63,426 nt of DNA, from positions 1 through 63,426 of the forward strand of contig JAISKP010000140.1 of the NCBI GenBank assembly GCA_031260885.1, in the 5' to 3' direction. Origin of the DNA: Eubacteriales Family XIII. Incertae Sedis bacterium (lineage in GTDB: Bacteria > Bacillota > Clostridia > Peptostreptococcales > Anaerovoracaceae). Positions 18,434 to 26,848 of this stretch are shown piece after piece. The notes under the pieces were generated by a model. That model was not told the DNA's origin. It saw only the letters and a program-made list of their open reading frames with translations, and made no database searches. Within the stretch, counting starts at the first letter, position 1. Each line of letters opens with the position of its first letter. The position numbers were made by a program, and so were the translations under genes.

Positions 18434-19207
18434 CTATATCTCTCCTTCCGATTCGAGGAACTCTGCTGCGAATTCCATATAGGCTTCTGCACCTTTTGAT
18501 TTCGGATCATATTCCATAATTGGCATACCGTAGCTTGGTGCTTCTGCAAGCCGGACATTTCGCGGAATTACGGTTGTATATACCTTGTCGCGAAAATACT
18601 TCTTTACCTCTTCGACAACCTGAATCGATAGATTTGTGCGTCCGTCAAACATGCTGAGAATAACGCCTTGGATTTCCAGCGTCGGATTTAAACTCTTCCG
18701 TACAAGTTCAATTGTGCTCATGAGTTGGCTGACGCCTTCAAGTGCATAGAATTCACATTGAATCGGAATCAAAACACTGTCCACGGCGGTAAGCGAATTG
18801 ATCGTCAAAAGCCCCAAGGAGGGCGGACAGTCTATAAATATGTAGTCGTATTGATCCCGAATTCGATCCACCGCCGCCTTCAGGCGATGTTCCCGACTTT
18901 CCAACTGCACGAGTTCGATCTCCGCACCCGCCAACTGTACGCTTGCAGGCAGAATCTTTAAATTTGGAACGGAAGTGTCGATGATTGCGAGATTCGGATC
19001 CATTCCCTCATAAATCAGCACTTCATACATCGTGTATTCGAGTTCCTTCTTGGAAATACCCATGCCGCTCGTCGTATTTCCCTGCGGATCAATATCCATG
19101 ATCAGAATATTTTTTCCTTTTAATGCGAGACAGGCGGCAAGATTTATATTCGTCGTCGTTTTTCCGACGCCGCCTTTCTGATTGAATATAGCGATTGTTT
19201 TTCCCAC
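18434..19207 (-). CDS. parA: Chromosome partitioning ATPase ParA/Soj
   Basis: The deviant Walker A is present (IAIFNQKGGVGKTTT). The GTG start is preceded by GAGAGGAG. The gene abuts parB. Confidence 0.95.
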   Translation of the reverse strand: MGKTIAIFNQKGGVGKTTTNINLAACLALKGKNILIMDIDPQGNTTSGMGISKKELEYTMYEVLIYEGMDPNLAIIDTSVPNLKILPASVQLAGAEIELVQLESREHRLKAAVDRIRDQYDYIFIDCPPSLGLLTINSLTAVDSVLIPIQCEFYALEGVSQLMSTIELVRKSLNPTLEIQGVILSMFDGRTNLSIQVVEEVKKYFRDKVYTTVIPRNVRLAEAPSYGMPIMEYDPKSKGAEAYMEFAAEFLESEGEI

Positions 19208-19384
19208 AGCGATACTCCTCTCGACAACATGAGCCCCCGGTCTGGATATATTATATCATATTCGAAAAGGCACCGATGAATTCTCTGTTAAATTCTTGTT
19301 GCAATTTTCAGCCGATATTCGCATTTCGATTCTCCGTTCAAAACGATCCCTCGGCACCGGGGCAGACAGTCGGAAGAGGCAAAA

Positions 19385-19400
19385 TGTTTCACGTGAAACA
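19385..19400. promoter_or_regulatory. parS: parS centromere site 1 (perfect TGTTTCACGTGAAACA)
   Basis: A 16-bp perfect palindrome matches the Firmicute parS consensus tGTTNCACGTGAAACa. It is embedded in a 24-bp palindrome, aaaaTGTTTCACGTGAAACAtttt. Confidence 0.9.
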
Positions 19401-19427
19401 TTTTGGGGGTTTGACATGCACAGAAAA

Positions 19428-19443
19428 TGTTTCACGTGAAACA
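19428..19443. promoter_or_regulatory. parS: parS centromere site 2 (perfect TGTTTCACGTGAAACA)
   Basis: This identical 24-bp palindrome lies 43 bp from site 1. Confidence 0.9.
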
Positions 19444-19739
19444 TTTTCTCAAAATTCCGTCCGTCGCGTGTTGGAAATTTCATCCAGTCCCGCATTTCGC
19501 CCAAACTTTCGCTTAGGCGAATTTTTGTCTTTTTTGGATCTATGGTATGTCCGAACCGCAAATCGCCGCCCAGAGCGCAAAAATGGGGCGGAAAATTTTT
19601 CCTTTGTGTTCCATTATTGGCATTTATTGAGACAAAATGCGCTGCGCGCGGAACGCGTGTGCAACGCATCCAACGACTGTCGACAAGAAAGTGGATCACA
19701 AAAAACCACTCTTGATTGTCGACGCTGCTGCTTTCAAAA

Positions 19740-20471
19740 TTACAGCGGTACTTTTGCCGGGACACCTGCTCTTCTTGGATAGGTATCCGGCGTGGTCGTA
19801 ATCTTTTGGATGACCATGATGTTATGCCCGAAGTCTTCGACATGGCTGTCAAGCGATCTGATTGACACGTCGGAAGATCCGCCTAAAAGTCGACGGGCAT
19901 TTTCGCTTTCATCGATTTCCGAACGCGCCCGATTTGTTTTATATGCATAAAGCCAGCCGCCGGTCTTTAGCAGCGGCAAGCAGTATTCGAAAAGAACCGG
20001 CAACTTTGCAATTGCTCTGCTTACGCAGAGATCAAATCGCGCTCGAAATTGCGGATCCCGTCCGGCGTCTTCGGCGCGACATTTTACAACAACAACATTC
20101 TCAAGCCCGAGCGATCGAACCGCTTCCTCGAGAAATGTCGTACGCTTTCCGAGCGAATCCATCAGAACAAACGCCTTGTCCGGATATAGCAGCGCCAACG
20201 GTACACCGGGAAATCCGCCGCCGGTTCCGACATCCGCAATTCTTTGCGCAGAAACGATTTCTGCCCAACCGTAGCAGCGGACAGAATCAAAAAGGTGTTT
20301 TTCCACAAATTCATTCGGATCCGTGATTGTCGTAAGATTTACGATTTCGTTTCGTTTTAGCACAAGCGTCATAAATTTCAGCATGCGGTCAGAGGCATTC
20401 TCAGCATTCGGAACACCGAGACTGCGGAGCATCTGCACCAGTTTTCTATGCTGCGCTAAAAAATCAGACAT
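19740..20471 (-). CDS. rsmG: 16S rRNA (guanine527-N7)-methyltransferase RsmG (GidB)
   Basis: The SAM-binding motif is present (IADVGTGGGFPGVPLAL), and the gene is in the conserved position after mnmG. Confidence 0.9.
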   Translation of the reverse strand: MSDFLAQHRKLVQMLRSLGVPNAENASDRMLKFMTLVLKRNEIVNLTTITDPNEFVEKHLFDSVRCYGWAEIVSAQRIADVGTGGGFPGVPLALLYPDKAFVLMDSLGKRTTFLEEAVRSLGLENVVVVKCRAEDAGRDPQFRARFDLCVSRAIAKLPVLFEYCLPLLKTGGWLYAYKTNRARSEIDESENARRLLGGSSDVSIRSLDSHVEDFGHNIMVIQKITTTPDTYPRRAGVPAKVPL

Positions 20472-22394
20472 TTACGCACGCTTTCGTTCGTAATCGAGTT
20501 TCGTCAGATAAACCAACAACACATTTATATCCGCAGGCGAAACGCCGGAGATCCTGGATGCCTGCCCGACGGAATCCGGTCTTATATCGCCAAGCTTTTG
20601 AACCGATTCATTCCGCAGTCCGCGTATCGCCGTATAATCAAGATCACACGGAATACGCTTATTCTCAAGTTTTCTAAAATTTTCAATTTGCTTTTTCTGC
20701 TTCGCGATATAGCCCTCGTATTTGATTTCTATTTCAGACTGCGTTTCGGCATATTTTGAAATTGCAGGGCGCGCCGGATCGACTACGGATAAATTTTCAT
20801 GTGTGACCTCGGGGCGTCGAAGCAATTCTGCAAGACTGATCCGACCGCTCACACTTCCCGCACCAAGAACGGCAAGAAAAGCAGCGGCTTCTTCCGCTGA
20901 AACATAAGTCTCATTCAGCCGCAAAATCTCCGCGTCGGTCTCACGCTTGTTTTTCATAAAACGCTCATACCGTTCCGCCGTCGCAAGGCCGAAACCGTAA
21001 CCGATCTCGGTGAGCCGCAGGTCGGCATTATCCTGCCGAAGCACAAGCCTGAACTCCGCTCTTGACGTCATAATCCGATAGGGTTCATTCGTTCCCTTTG
21101 TGACCAGATCGTCCACGAGAACGCCGATGTAAGACTGTGACCGATCCGGCGACCAGGGCGGTTTCTGGTCTACATGCAACGCCGCGTTGATGCCGGCGAC
21201 AAGCCCCTGCGCGGCAGCTTCCTCATAGCCCGAACTGCCGTTGATCTGTCCGGCAAAGAAAAGACCGGCGATACCCTTGTATGCTAAACTGCCCGTCAGC
21301 GAAAGCGGATCTATGCAATCGTACTCAATCGAATAAGCATATCTGGAAATTTTCGCATTTTCCAGCCCTTCGATCGAACGATAAAACCGCTCCTGGATTT
21401 CCTCCGGTAGGCTCGTACTCATGCCTTGTACATATACTTCCTCTGTGGACAATCCTTCGGGCTCTAAAAAAAGTTGATGCCTTTTCCGATCCGGAAACCT
21501 GCTCACCTTATCCTCGATCGACAGACAATATCTGGGTCCGACGCCGGTGGTGTATCCGCCGTAAGGTGCCGTCTTTTCAATGTTTGCAGCGACGATCTCA
21601 TGCGCATGCTCATTCGTCCACGTCAGCCAACACGACGTCTTGTTTTCGCCGACCGTATCGTTCATATACGAAAAGGGCAGGGGCGGCTCATCACCTTTCT
21701 GTTCATCCATTATTGAATAATCCAGCGATCCGGCAAGCACGCGTGCAGGCGTTCCGGTCTTAAAGCGCCGAAGGTGAATTCCGGCTCGCTCCAGATTCTC
21801 CGCGAGTTCGATCGACGGCGTCATGCCGGAAGGTCCGCTGGACCATGCGCGGTCGCTGACATGGACAAGTCCGTTCAGATAGGTTCCGGTTGCGAGAATC
21901 ACCGCATTCGAACGGTATACAGATCCGGATTTGAGCAACACGCCGGCAATACGCCGAACGCAACTTCCGTCAAGTGAATTGTTTGACACAACATCTTCAA
22001 ACATTAAATCGACCACTTCGCCCTGTTTCAGATCGAGATTTTCCTGACGCTCAAGCGTATATTTCATCTCTTCATGGTAGCGTTGCTTGTCAGCCTGCGC
22101 CCTTGGAGACCAGACAGCCGGACCCTTCGATGCGTTCAGCATTCGAAACTGGATGAAGGTCTTGTCGATATTACATCCCATCTCACCGCCAAGAGCATCA
22201 ATCTCTTTGACAAGTTGTCCCTTTCCGGTGCCACCGATCGACGGGTTGCAGGGCATCATCGCGATAGATTCCGGACTGATCGTCAGAAGGAGCGTATGTT
22301 TTTTCATGCGCGCTGCAGCAAGCGCAGCTTCGCAGCCCGCATGTCCGGCACCCACAACGATCACGTCATATGTTCCCATTTCACTGTTTATCAA
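20472..22394 (-). CDS. mnmG: tRNA uridine 5-carboxymethylaminomethyl modification enzyme MnmG (GidA)
   Basis: The FAD-binding N-terminus is YDVIVVGAGHAGCEAALAAAR. Other motifs are PSIGGTGKGQLVKEIDALGG and FFAGQINGSSGYEEAAAQG. Confidence 0.95.
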   Translation of the reverse strand: MINSEMGTYDVIVVGAGHAGCEAALAAARMKKHTLLLTISPESIAMMPCNPSIGGTGKGQLVKEIDALGGEMGCNIDKTFIQFRMLNASKGPAVWSPRAQADKQRYHEEMKYTLERQENLDLKQGEVVDLMFEDVVSNNSLDGSCVRRIAGVLLKSGSVYRSNAVILATGTYLNGLVHVSDRAWSSGPSGMTPSIELAENLERAGIHLRRFKTGTPARVLAGSLDYSIMDEQKGDEPPLPFSYMNDTVGENKTSCWLTWTNEHAHEIVAANIEKTAPYGGYTTGVGPRYCLSIEDKVSRFPDRKRHQLFLEPEGLSTEEVYVQGMSTSLPEEIQERFYRSIEGLENAKISRYAYSIEYDCIDPLSLTGSLAYKGIAGLFFAGQINGSSGYEEAAAQGLVAGINAALHVDQKPPWSPDRSQSYIGVLVDDLVTKGTNEPYRIMTSRAEFRLVLRQDNADLRLTEIGYGFGLATAERYERFMKNKRETDAEILRLNETYVSAEEAAAFLAVLGAGSVSGRISLAELLRRPEVTHENLSVVDPARPAISKYAETQSEIEIKYEGYIAKQKKQIENFRKLENKRIPCDLDYTAIRGLRNESVQKLGDIRPDSVGQASRISGVSPADINVLLVYLTKLDYERKRA

Positions 22395-22420
22395 TTTCGT
22401 ACAATTCCTCGTTCAAACGA

Positions 22421-22458
22421 TCACTTCACGACACAAAACCGCGAAAACACCTTGTCAA
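22421..22458. repeat. Duplicate of the last 38 nt (12 codons plus stop) of mnmE
   Basis: tcacttcAcgacacaaaaccgcgaaaacaccttgtcaa matches 22489-22526 (tcacttcCcgac...) at 37 of 38 positions. The offset is 68 nt. Confidence 0.9.
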
Positions 22459-22488
22459 CCATCACCGAAAACAGGATCTCGACCATCT

Positions 22489-23922
22489 TCACTTCCCGAC
22501 ACAAAACCGCGAAAACACCTTGTCAAGGATGTCGTCTGACACCGTATCTCCGGTGATCTCTCCAAGGCCGTCATATGCCTCTCGTATTGTCACCTCAATA
22601 AAGTCGAGCGCCATTCCGTCGTGAAGCATATTCTCTGCGGATTCAATGCCGGCGAAGGTCCTCTCCAACGCATCGAGATGCCTGACGTTCGTGATCAGAA
22701 GACTTTCGCTTTGCCTGATACTGCCTCCGTACACGGATTTAACCAAGTAGTCCTCCAGATCCGAAATGCCTTCTCCGGTGACGGCCGAAAGCGAAATCAA
22801 TTCCGCATGCTGAAGAAGCGAGACGAGCACAGAAGTGTCCGCTCGCAGCGGCAGATCACACTTATTGATCAGAACCACTGCAGGTTTTCCGCAAATCTCC
22901 GCCGCGATCTGCCGATCTTCCCCGGTAAGCGGCACACTGCCATCGACGACAAACGCCACCAGATCTGAAGCGTCCAGCGCTGCTCTTGATCTTTCCACAC
23001 CCTGCTCTTCCAAGGCGTCTTTTGCATTTCGAATTCCGGCAGTGTCCGTAAGCCTGACCGGTATTCCGCGAACATTGATGTATTCTTCTATGCTGTCTCG
23101 CGTCGTTCCCGGAATTTCCGACACGATGGCTCTGGATTCTCTGAGCAGTGCATTTAACAGAGAGGATTTTCCGACATTCGGCTTTCCCGCGATCACAACA
23201 CGGATTCCGTCACGAATCATCCTGCCCGTCTGCGCACTTTCAATGAGCTTCTTCACAAGCGTCTTTGCTTCTGTGAGGGCGGAGCGGATCGAAGCATCCG
23301 CAATGCGCTGTGCGTCCGAATCCGGATCTTCATCCGGGTAGTCCAGATTTACGACCATCTCTGCAAGTGCGTCCGAAAGAAAACTTCGGATCGTACGAAT
23401 CTGTTCCGAGAGACTGCCCGACAGCTGTCCGACCGCCGATTCAAAACCGCGGTCCGTCTTTGCCTGAACGACGTCAATGACAGCGTCTGCCTGCGCAAGA
23501 TCGATACGTCCGTTCAAAAACGCACGTTTTGTGAATTCTCCGGGCGGTGCCGCGGTAGCGCCGAGTCCAAGTACGGCACTGAGAATTTTGCGCAGCGATA
23601 CCACACTGCCGTGACACTGTATTTCAGCGACATCTTCCCCCGTATAGGTATGCGGCGCATGCATAAAGACTGCGAGCACCTCGTCGATCATTTCTTCCGT
23701 TACAGGGTCTGCAATATGACCGAAGCACAGTTTTTTGTCCGGGCGCAGATCTTCATCGTCGCACGGCGCTTTGCAACGGTCTCTGGACTCATGCGCTGTT
23801 TTTCCCGTATATGGACGAAAGAGCTTGTCAAGTATTTCTCCTGACAGCTCTCCGCTAATTCTTATGATGCCTATTCCGCCCTCGCCGTATGCGGTCGAAA
23901 CGGCGGCGATGGTTTCGTTCAT
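22489..23922 (-). CDS. mnmE: tRNA modification GTPase MnmE (TrmE)
   Basis: The G domain is GKPNVGKSSLLNAL...DTAGIR...NKCDL. The C-terminus FCVGK is the CxGK motif. Confidence 0.95.
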   Translation of the reverse strand: MNETIAAVSTAYGEGGIGIIRISGELSGEILDKLFRPYTGKTAHESRDRCKAPCDDEDLRPDKKLCFGHIADPVTEEMIDEVLAVFMHAPHTYTGEDVAEIQCHGSVVSLRKILSAVLGLGATAAPPGEFTKRAFLNGRIDLAQADAVIDVVQAKTDRGFESAVGQLSGSLSEQIRTIRSFLSDALAEMVVNLDYPDEDPDSDAQRIADASIRSALTEAKTLVKKLIESAQTGRMIRDGIRVVIAGKPNVGKSSLLNALLRESRAIVSEIPGTTRDSIEEYINVRGIPVRLTDTAGIRNAKDALEEQGVERSRAALDASDLVAFVVDGSVPLTGEDRQIAAEICGKPAVVLINKCDLPLRADTSVLVSLLQHAELISLSAVTGEGISDLEDYLVKSVYGGSIRQSESLLITNVRHLDALERTFAGIESAENMLHDGMALDFIEVTIREAYDGLGEITGDTVSDDILDKVFSRFCVGK

Positions 23923-24836
23923 CTTGCCTTTTCTATAATGACCCTTCTATAGGGCTCTTCTCCTTCACTTCTCGTCGTAATGCCTTCGAGCGCTTGGAGC
24001 GTTGAGTGAATCACTTTTCTTTCATACGGATTCATCGGCTCGAGTTTTACGCTTCGTCCCGATGCCTGTACTTTTCTTGCAAGTTTTACCGCAAGTCTTT
24101 CAAGGGTCTTTTCTCTCCGGGAACGATAACCTTCCACATCGATGATGACGCGCATATACTCTTCGCGTTCTTTATTCGCAACGAGGTTTGTCAGGTACTG
24201 GATCGAATCGAGCGTCTGCCCGCGTTTTCCGATCACCGTCTTTGAGTCCGGTCCTTCCACTTCAAGGAAAACACATTCCGCGTTTTGGAAGGTGTCTACA
24301 CTTACCTCGAGATTCATATTTGCAATGATGTCGCGCAGGAAACGCGTCGCTTCATTATCTTCAATCTTCTCAAGATCCGCCGGCCTTTCGCTCAGCGAAG
24401 GTCTGTCCGGAAAGTCGAAATCCGAAAATTCCTCGTAACTCTCTTCGGATCTTCTGTTTCTCGGCGGACGGGAATCATTGCGCGGACGCTGAGATTCGCT
24501 GCGGGATCTGCCTTCTCCATGCGCATGGGAATCGTTACGGTTTCGCTCTCCACCCGAAGCGTTGCCCCCGCCTTGCTGCGGACGATTCTTCTTCCTGAGA
24601 TCTCTTGCGGCGATCGGTTTTTCCTTGTTGCCTTCCGCCTGTGGTTCAAAAGTCGTCTCGTCCGGCTTCATTTTTTCCACACGAACCTTTGCGAGTTTCT
24701 GACCGAGACCAAGAAATCCCTTTACCGGTTCTTCGAGTACCGTAACCATGACCTGGTCTTCCGTAAGCCCAAGATCTTCAAGCGCGAGCCTGACGGCTTC
24801 ATCGACATCTTTTCCCCATTTTTCAGAATAATCCAT
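23919..24836 (-). CDS. jag: Jag/KhpB RNA-binding protein (Jag_N, KH and R3H domains) with a long low-complexity insert
   Basis: Jag_N (GKDVDEAVRLALEDLGLTEDQV), KH (VIGKRGQTLDSIQYL) and R3H (LEPMNPYERKVIHSTL) are all present. About 95 aa of R/S/E/N-rich linker lies between Jag_N and KH. Confidence 0.9.
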   Translation of the reverse strand: MDYSEKWGKDVDEAVRLALEDLGLTEDQVMVTVLEEPVKGFLGLGQKLAKVRVEKMKPDETTFEPQAEGNKEKPIAARDLRKKNRPQQGGGNASGGERNRNDSHAHGEGRSRSESQRPRNDSRPPRNRRSEESYEEFSDFDFPDRPSLSERPADLEKIEDNEATRFLRDIIANMNLEVSVDTFQNAECVFLEVEGPDSKTVIGKRGQTLDSIQYLTNLVANKEREEYMRVIIDVEGYRSRREKTLERLAVKLARKVQASGRSVKLEPMNPYERKVIHSTLQALEGITTRSEGEEPYRRVIIEKAR

Positions 24837-24899
24837 GGTGTCCTCCTATTATGAAATTTCCACTATTTCGAGCCCGCAGGCTTTTTTGCGCCATCTTTT

Positions 24900-25667
24900 C
24901 TATTTTCTAAAAAGCGGTCCGCCTTTACCTTCCGCTCTCATGCGTTCCAGTCTTTTTCTCCAAAGGCGAAGCACCTGATACTGCACGATCGTGCAGAGGT
25001 TTCCGATAAACCAGTACAGTGCAAGTCCTGCAGGAAACGACCGACCCATCCAGACGATCATGACCGGGAAGAAATATTTCATCATCTTCATCATGCCTGC
25101 CATCTGATTTGCCTGTGCATTGTCTCCGGCTACCTGACTCTGCGTCTGTGTCAGGGAGAACGAGATATACGTCGTGATACCCGCCATGATCGGAAGGATC
25201 CATAAATCCGGCTGGCTCAGATCCTTCATCCAGAAAAAACCTTCATGCACGGCGAAGATCATATCCGCATAATTCCAGCGTAGCGCTGCGGTCGGATCGC
25301 GCAGCAGTGCAAAGAGTCCGAGCAAAATCGGCATCTGAATCAACATCGGAAGACAGCCGCGCATCGGATTGAAGTTCTCTTCCTTATACAACTCCATCAT
25401 TTTGCGGTTCAACTCTTCTTTATCATGTGCGTACTTCTTTTGAAGTGCCTGCATCTTTGGTTGAACGTCAGCCATTTTCATCTGATGTTTTATCTGATTG
25501 GCGTACAGGGGAAACAGACATAGGCGGACGATGATCGTAAAGATGATCAGCGTTACGCCGTAATTACCGACAACTTCGTAAATGCCGGTAAGCAGATACC
25601 CCAATGGTACGGCAATAAATCCCAGTGCTTTTGTCAATACTTTCTCCATTCCTGTCTTCTGAAACAA
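24900..25667 (-). CDS. yidC: Membrane protein insertase YidC/SpoIIIJ family
   Basis: A five-TM 60-kDa-IMP-type core includes NPMRGCLPMLIQMPILLGLF. The gene is in the conserved position between yidD and jag. Confidence 0.9.
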   Translation of the reverse strand: MFQKTGMEKVLTKALGFIAVPLGYLLTGIYEVVGNYGVTLIIFTIIVRLCLFPLYANQIKHQMKMADVQPKMQALQKKYAHDKEELNRKMMELYKEENFNPMRGCLPMLIQMPILLGLFALLRDPTAALRWNYADMIFAVHEGFFWMKDLSQPDLWILPIMAGITTYISFSLTQTQSQVAGDNAQANQMAGMMKMMKYFFPVMIVWMGRSFPAGLALYWFIGNLCTIVQYQVLRLWRKRLERMRAEGKGGPLFRK

Positions 25668-25713
25668 CTGCGCTGTCTCGTTCCGACATTATGTTCAGGA
25701 TGTGTGGCTGCGG

Positions 25714-25923
25714 TTACGGAAGCGGATCGTATCCGCCCGGATGAAGCGGGTGGCATTTTAAAATCCTTACAATCCCAAGACGGCATCCTTTGAAAAATCC
25801 GTATTTTCTGAGCGCCTGCAGAAAATAGGTCGAGCAGGTCGGATAGAATCTGCATGTCGGCGGAAAAAACGGAGAGATGAACCTTTGATATCCCCGAATG
25901 AAAAAGATCAAAACGTGTTTCAT
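25714..25923 (-). CDS. yidD: Membrane protein insertion efficiency factor YidD
   Basis: The 69-aa protein contains [22 protein letters not shown]...[13 protein letters not shown]. Confidence 0.95.
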   Translation of the reverse strand: MKHVLIFFIRGYQRFISPFFPPTCRFYPTCSTYFLQALRKYGFFKGCRLGIVRILKCHPLHPGGYDPLP

Positions 25924-26255
25924 ATCAAGAGGTCACATTTTTTCAGAAGTGCATACATGGACTTTTCCACTTCGCGCTGGTGAGCGCCTTCTATGGTATT
26001 TCTTGCGATAAAAAGGACATCATATCCCTCTTTAATCTGCCGTTCAATATTTCGGTAACTTTCCCGAATCAGACGTCTTGCGCGATTTCGCTGCACACTG
26101 TTGCCGACTTTCTTGCTGGCAAGAAATGCATGTCTTGTATACCCGTGTCCGTTTCTGAAATAAAACAATACAAGAAATTTTCCGCCCGCGGACTTCCCTT
26201 TCCCGTATAATCTCTTGAAGTCTCGCTTGTCCCGAAGGATCTCTCTTTTAAGCAT
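25920..26255 (-). CDS. rnpA: Ribonuclease P protein component
   Basis: A 111-aa basic protein with the RNR-type motif ([22 protein letters not shown]). It overlaps yidD by 4 nt. Confidence 0.9.
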   Translation of the reverse strand: MLKREILRDKRDFKRLYGKGKSAGGKFLVLFYFRNGHGYTRHAFLASKKVGNSVQRNRARRLIRESYRNIERQIKEGYDVLFIARNTIEGAHQREVEKSMYALLKKCDLLI

Positions 26256-26291
26256 GCGTCAACGCCGCCAAAACAGGATGCGCTCCTCCCG

Positions 26292-26426
26292 CTATGCGGT
26301 GAGGGACTTCCGGCCTCTGGTTCTCCTGCGCTTCAGCACATTTCTGCCGTTTTTCGTCGCCATCCGCTTTCGAAAACCGTGTTCTTTCATTCTCTGCCGT
26401 TTTTTCGGCTGATACGTCTGTTTCAT
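26292..26426 (-). CDS. rpmH: 50S ribosomal protein L34
   Basis: [44 protein letters not shown], preceded by GGAGG. The 74-aa track ORF is an upstream over-extension. Confidence 0.95.
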   Translation of the reverse strand: MKQTYQPKKRQRMKEHGFRKRMATKNGRNVLKRRRTRGRKSLTA

Positions 26427-26848
26427 GAGACAATCTCCTTCCTTCTTTTTGTTGCGACCGAGATCTGAATTGCATTCCGGTCTTGCGTCTTCGTCCCGCG
26501 AAAGCAGCTTTCGCAACGAAAAGACACGCTATACAATTATAAGGCATGCAAATAGGGGTGTCAACGAGAAAGTCGCGTGTGTACGGCGCCTGCAAGGACT
26601 TGAAGGGGCTGTGCATAAAAGGACTTCTGTTCGATTCGCCTGTTTATTTCTCGAAAAACCGCTTTTTTTTCAACTGAAAGTTATGCCCACGCCCTTGTGG
26701 ATAACGCGCTTTTGTTGTGGATATCTCCGTCCTTGAATTTTCTTTTTCTTTTTTCCCTGAAAGCGCTTGCCTGTGAATAACTATTTCTATATTATAGAAG
26801 ATACCGCTTCCGCGGTCGGAAGAACTATTCTTTGAAGGGAACGCATGA
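26427..26848. other. oriC: oriC part 1: rpmH-dnaA intergenic region with DnaA boxes
   Basis: There is one perfect DnaA box (tgtggataa = TTATCCACA, 26696-26704). Two 1-mismatch boxes follow (tgtggatat 26716-26724, tgtgaataa 26772-26780). Gene strand bias switches here. Confidence 0.8.
26536..26564 (-). promoter_or_regulatory. Consensus sigma-A promoter for rpmH-rnpA
   Basis: On the minus strand the sequence reads TTGACA-17 nt-TATAAT (TTGACAcccctatttgcatgcctTATAAT). It lies about 110 nt upstream of rpmH. Confidence 0.7.

Noticed and set aside
19195-19852. Two overlapping ORFs (195 aa on the plus strand, 198 aa on the minus strand) spanning the rsmG-parA gap.
   Set aside because: Both read straight through the two parS palindromes (giving MFHVKHF / VSRETF). 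They have no SD and no recognisable domain, they overlap rsmG or parA, and they show no similarity to Noc/ParB.
26248-26616. A 122-aa ORF and a 74-aa ORF overlapping rpmH and its leader.
   Set aside because: Only the 44-aa L34 frame from ATG 26426 has an SD and the universally conserved sequence. The others are frame artefacts across the promoter and leader.
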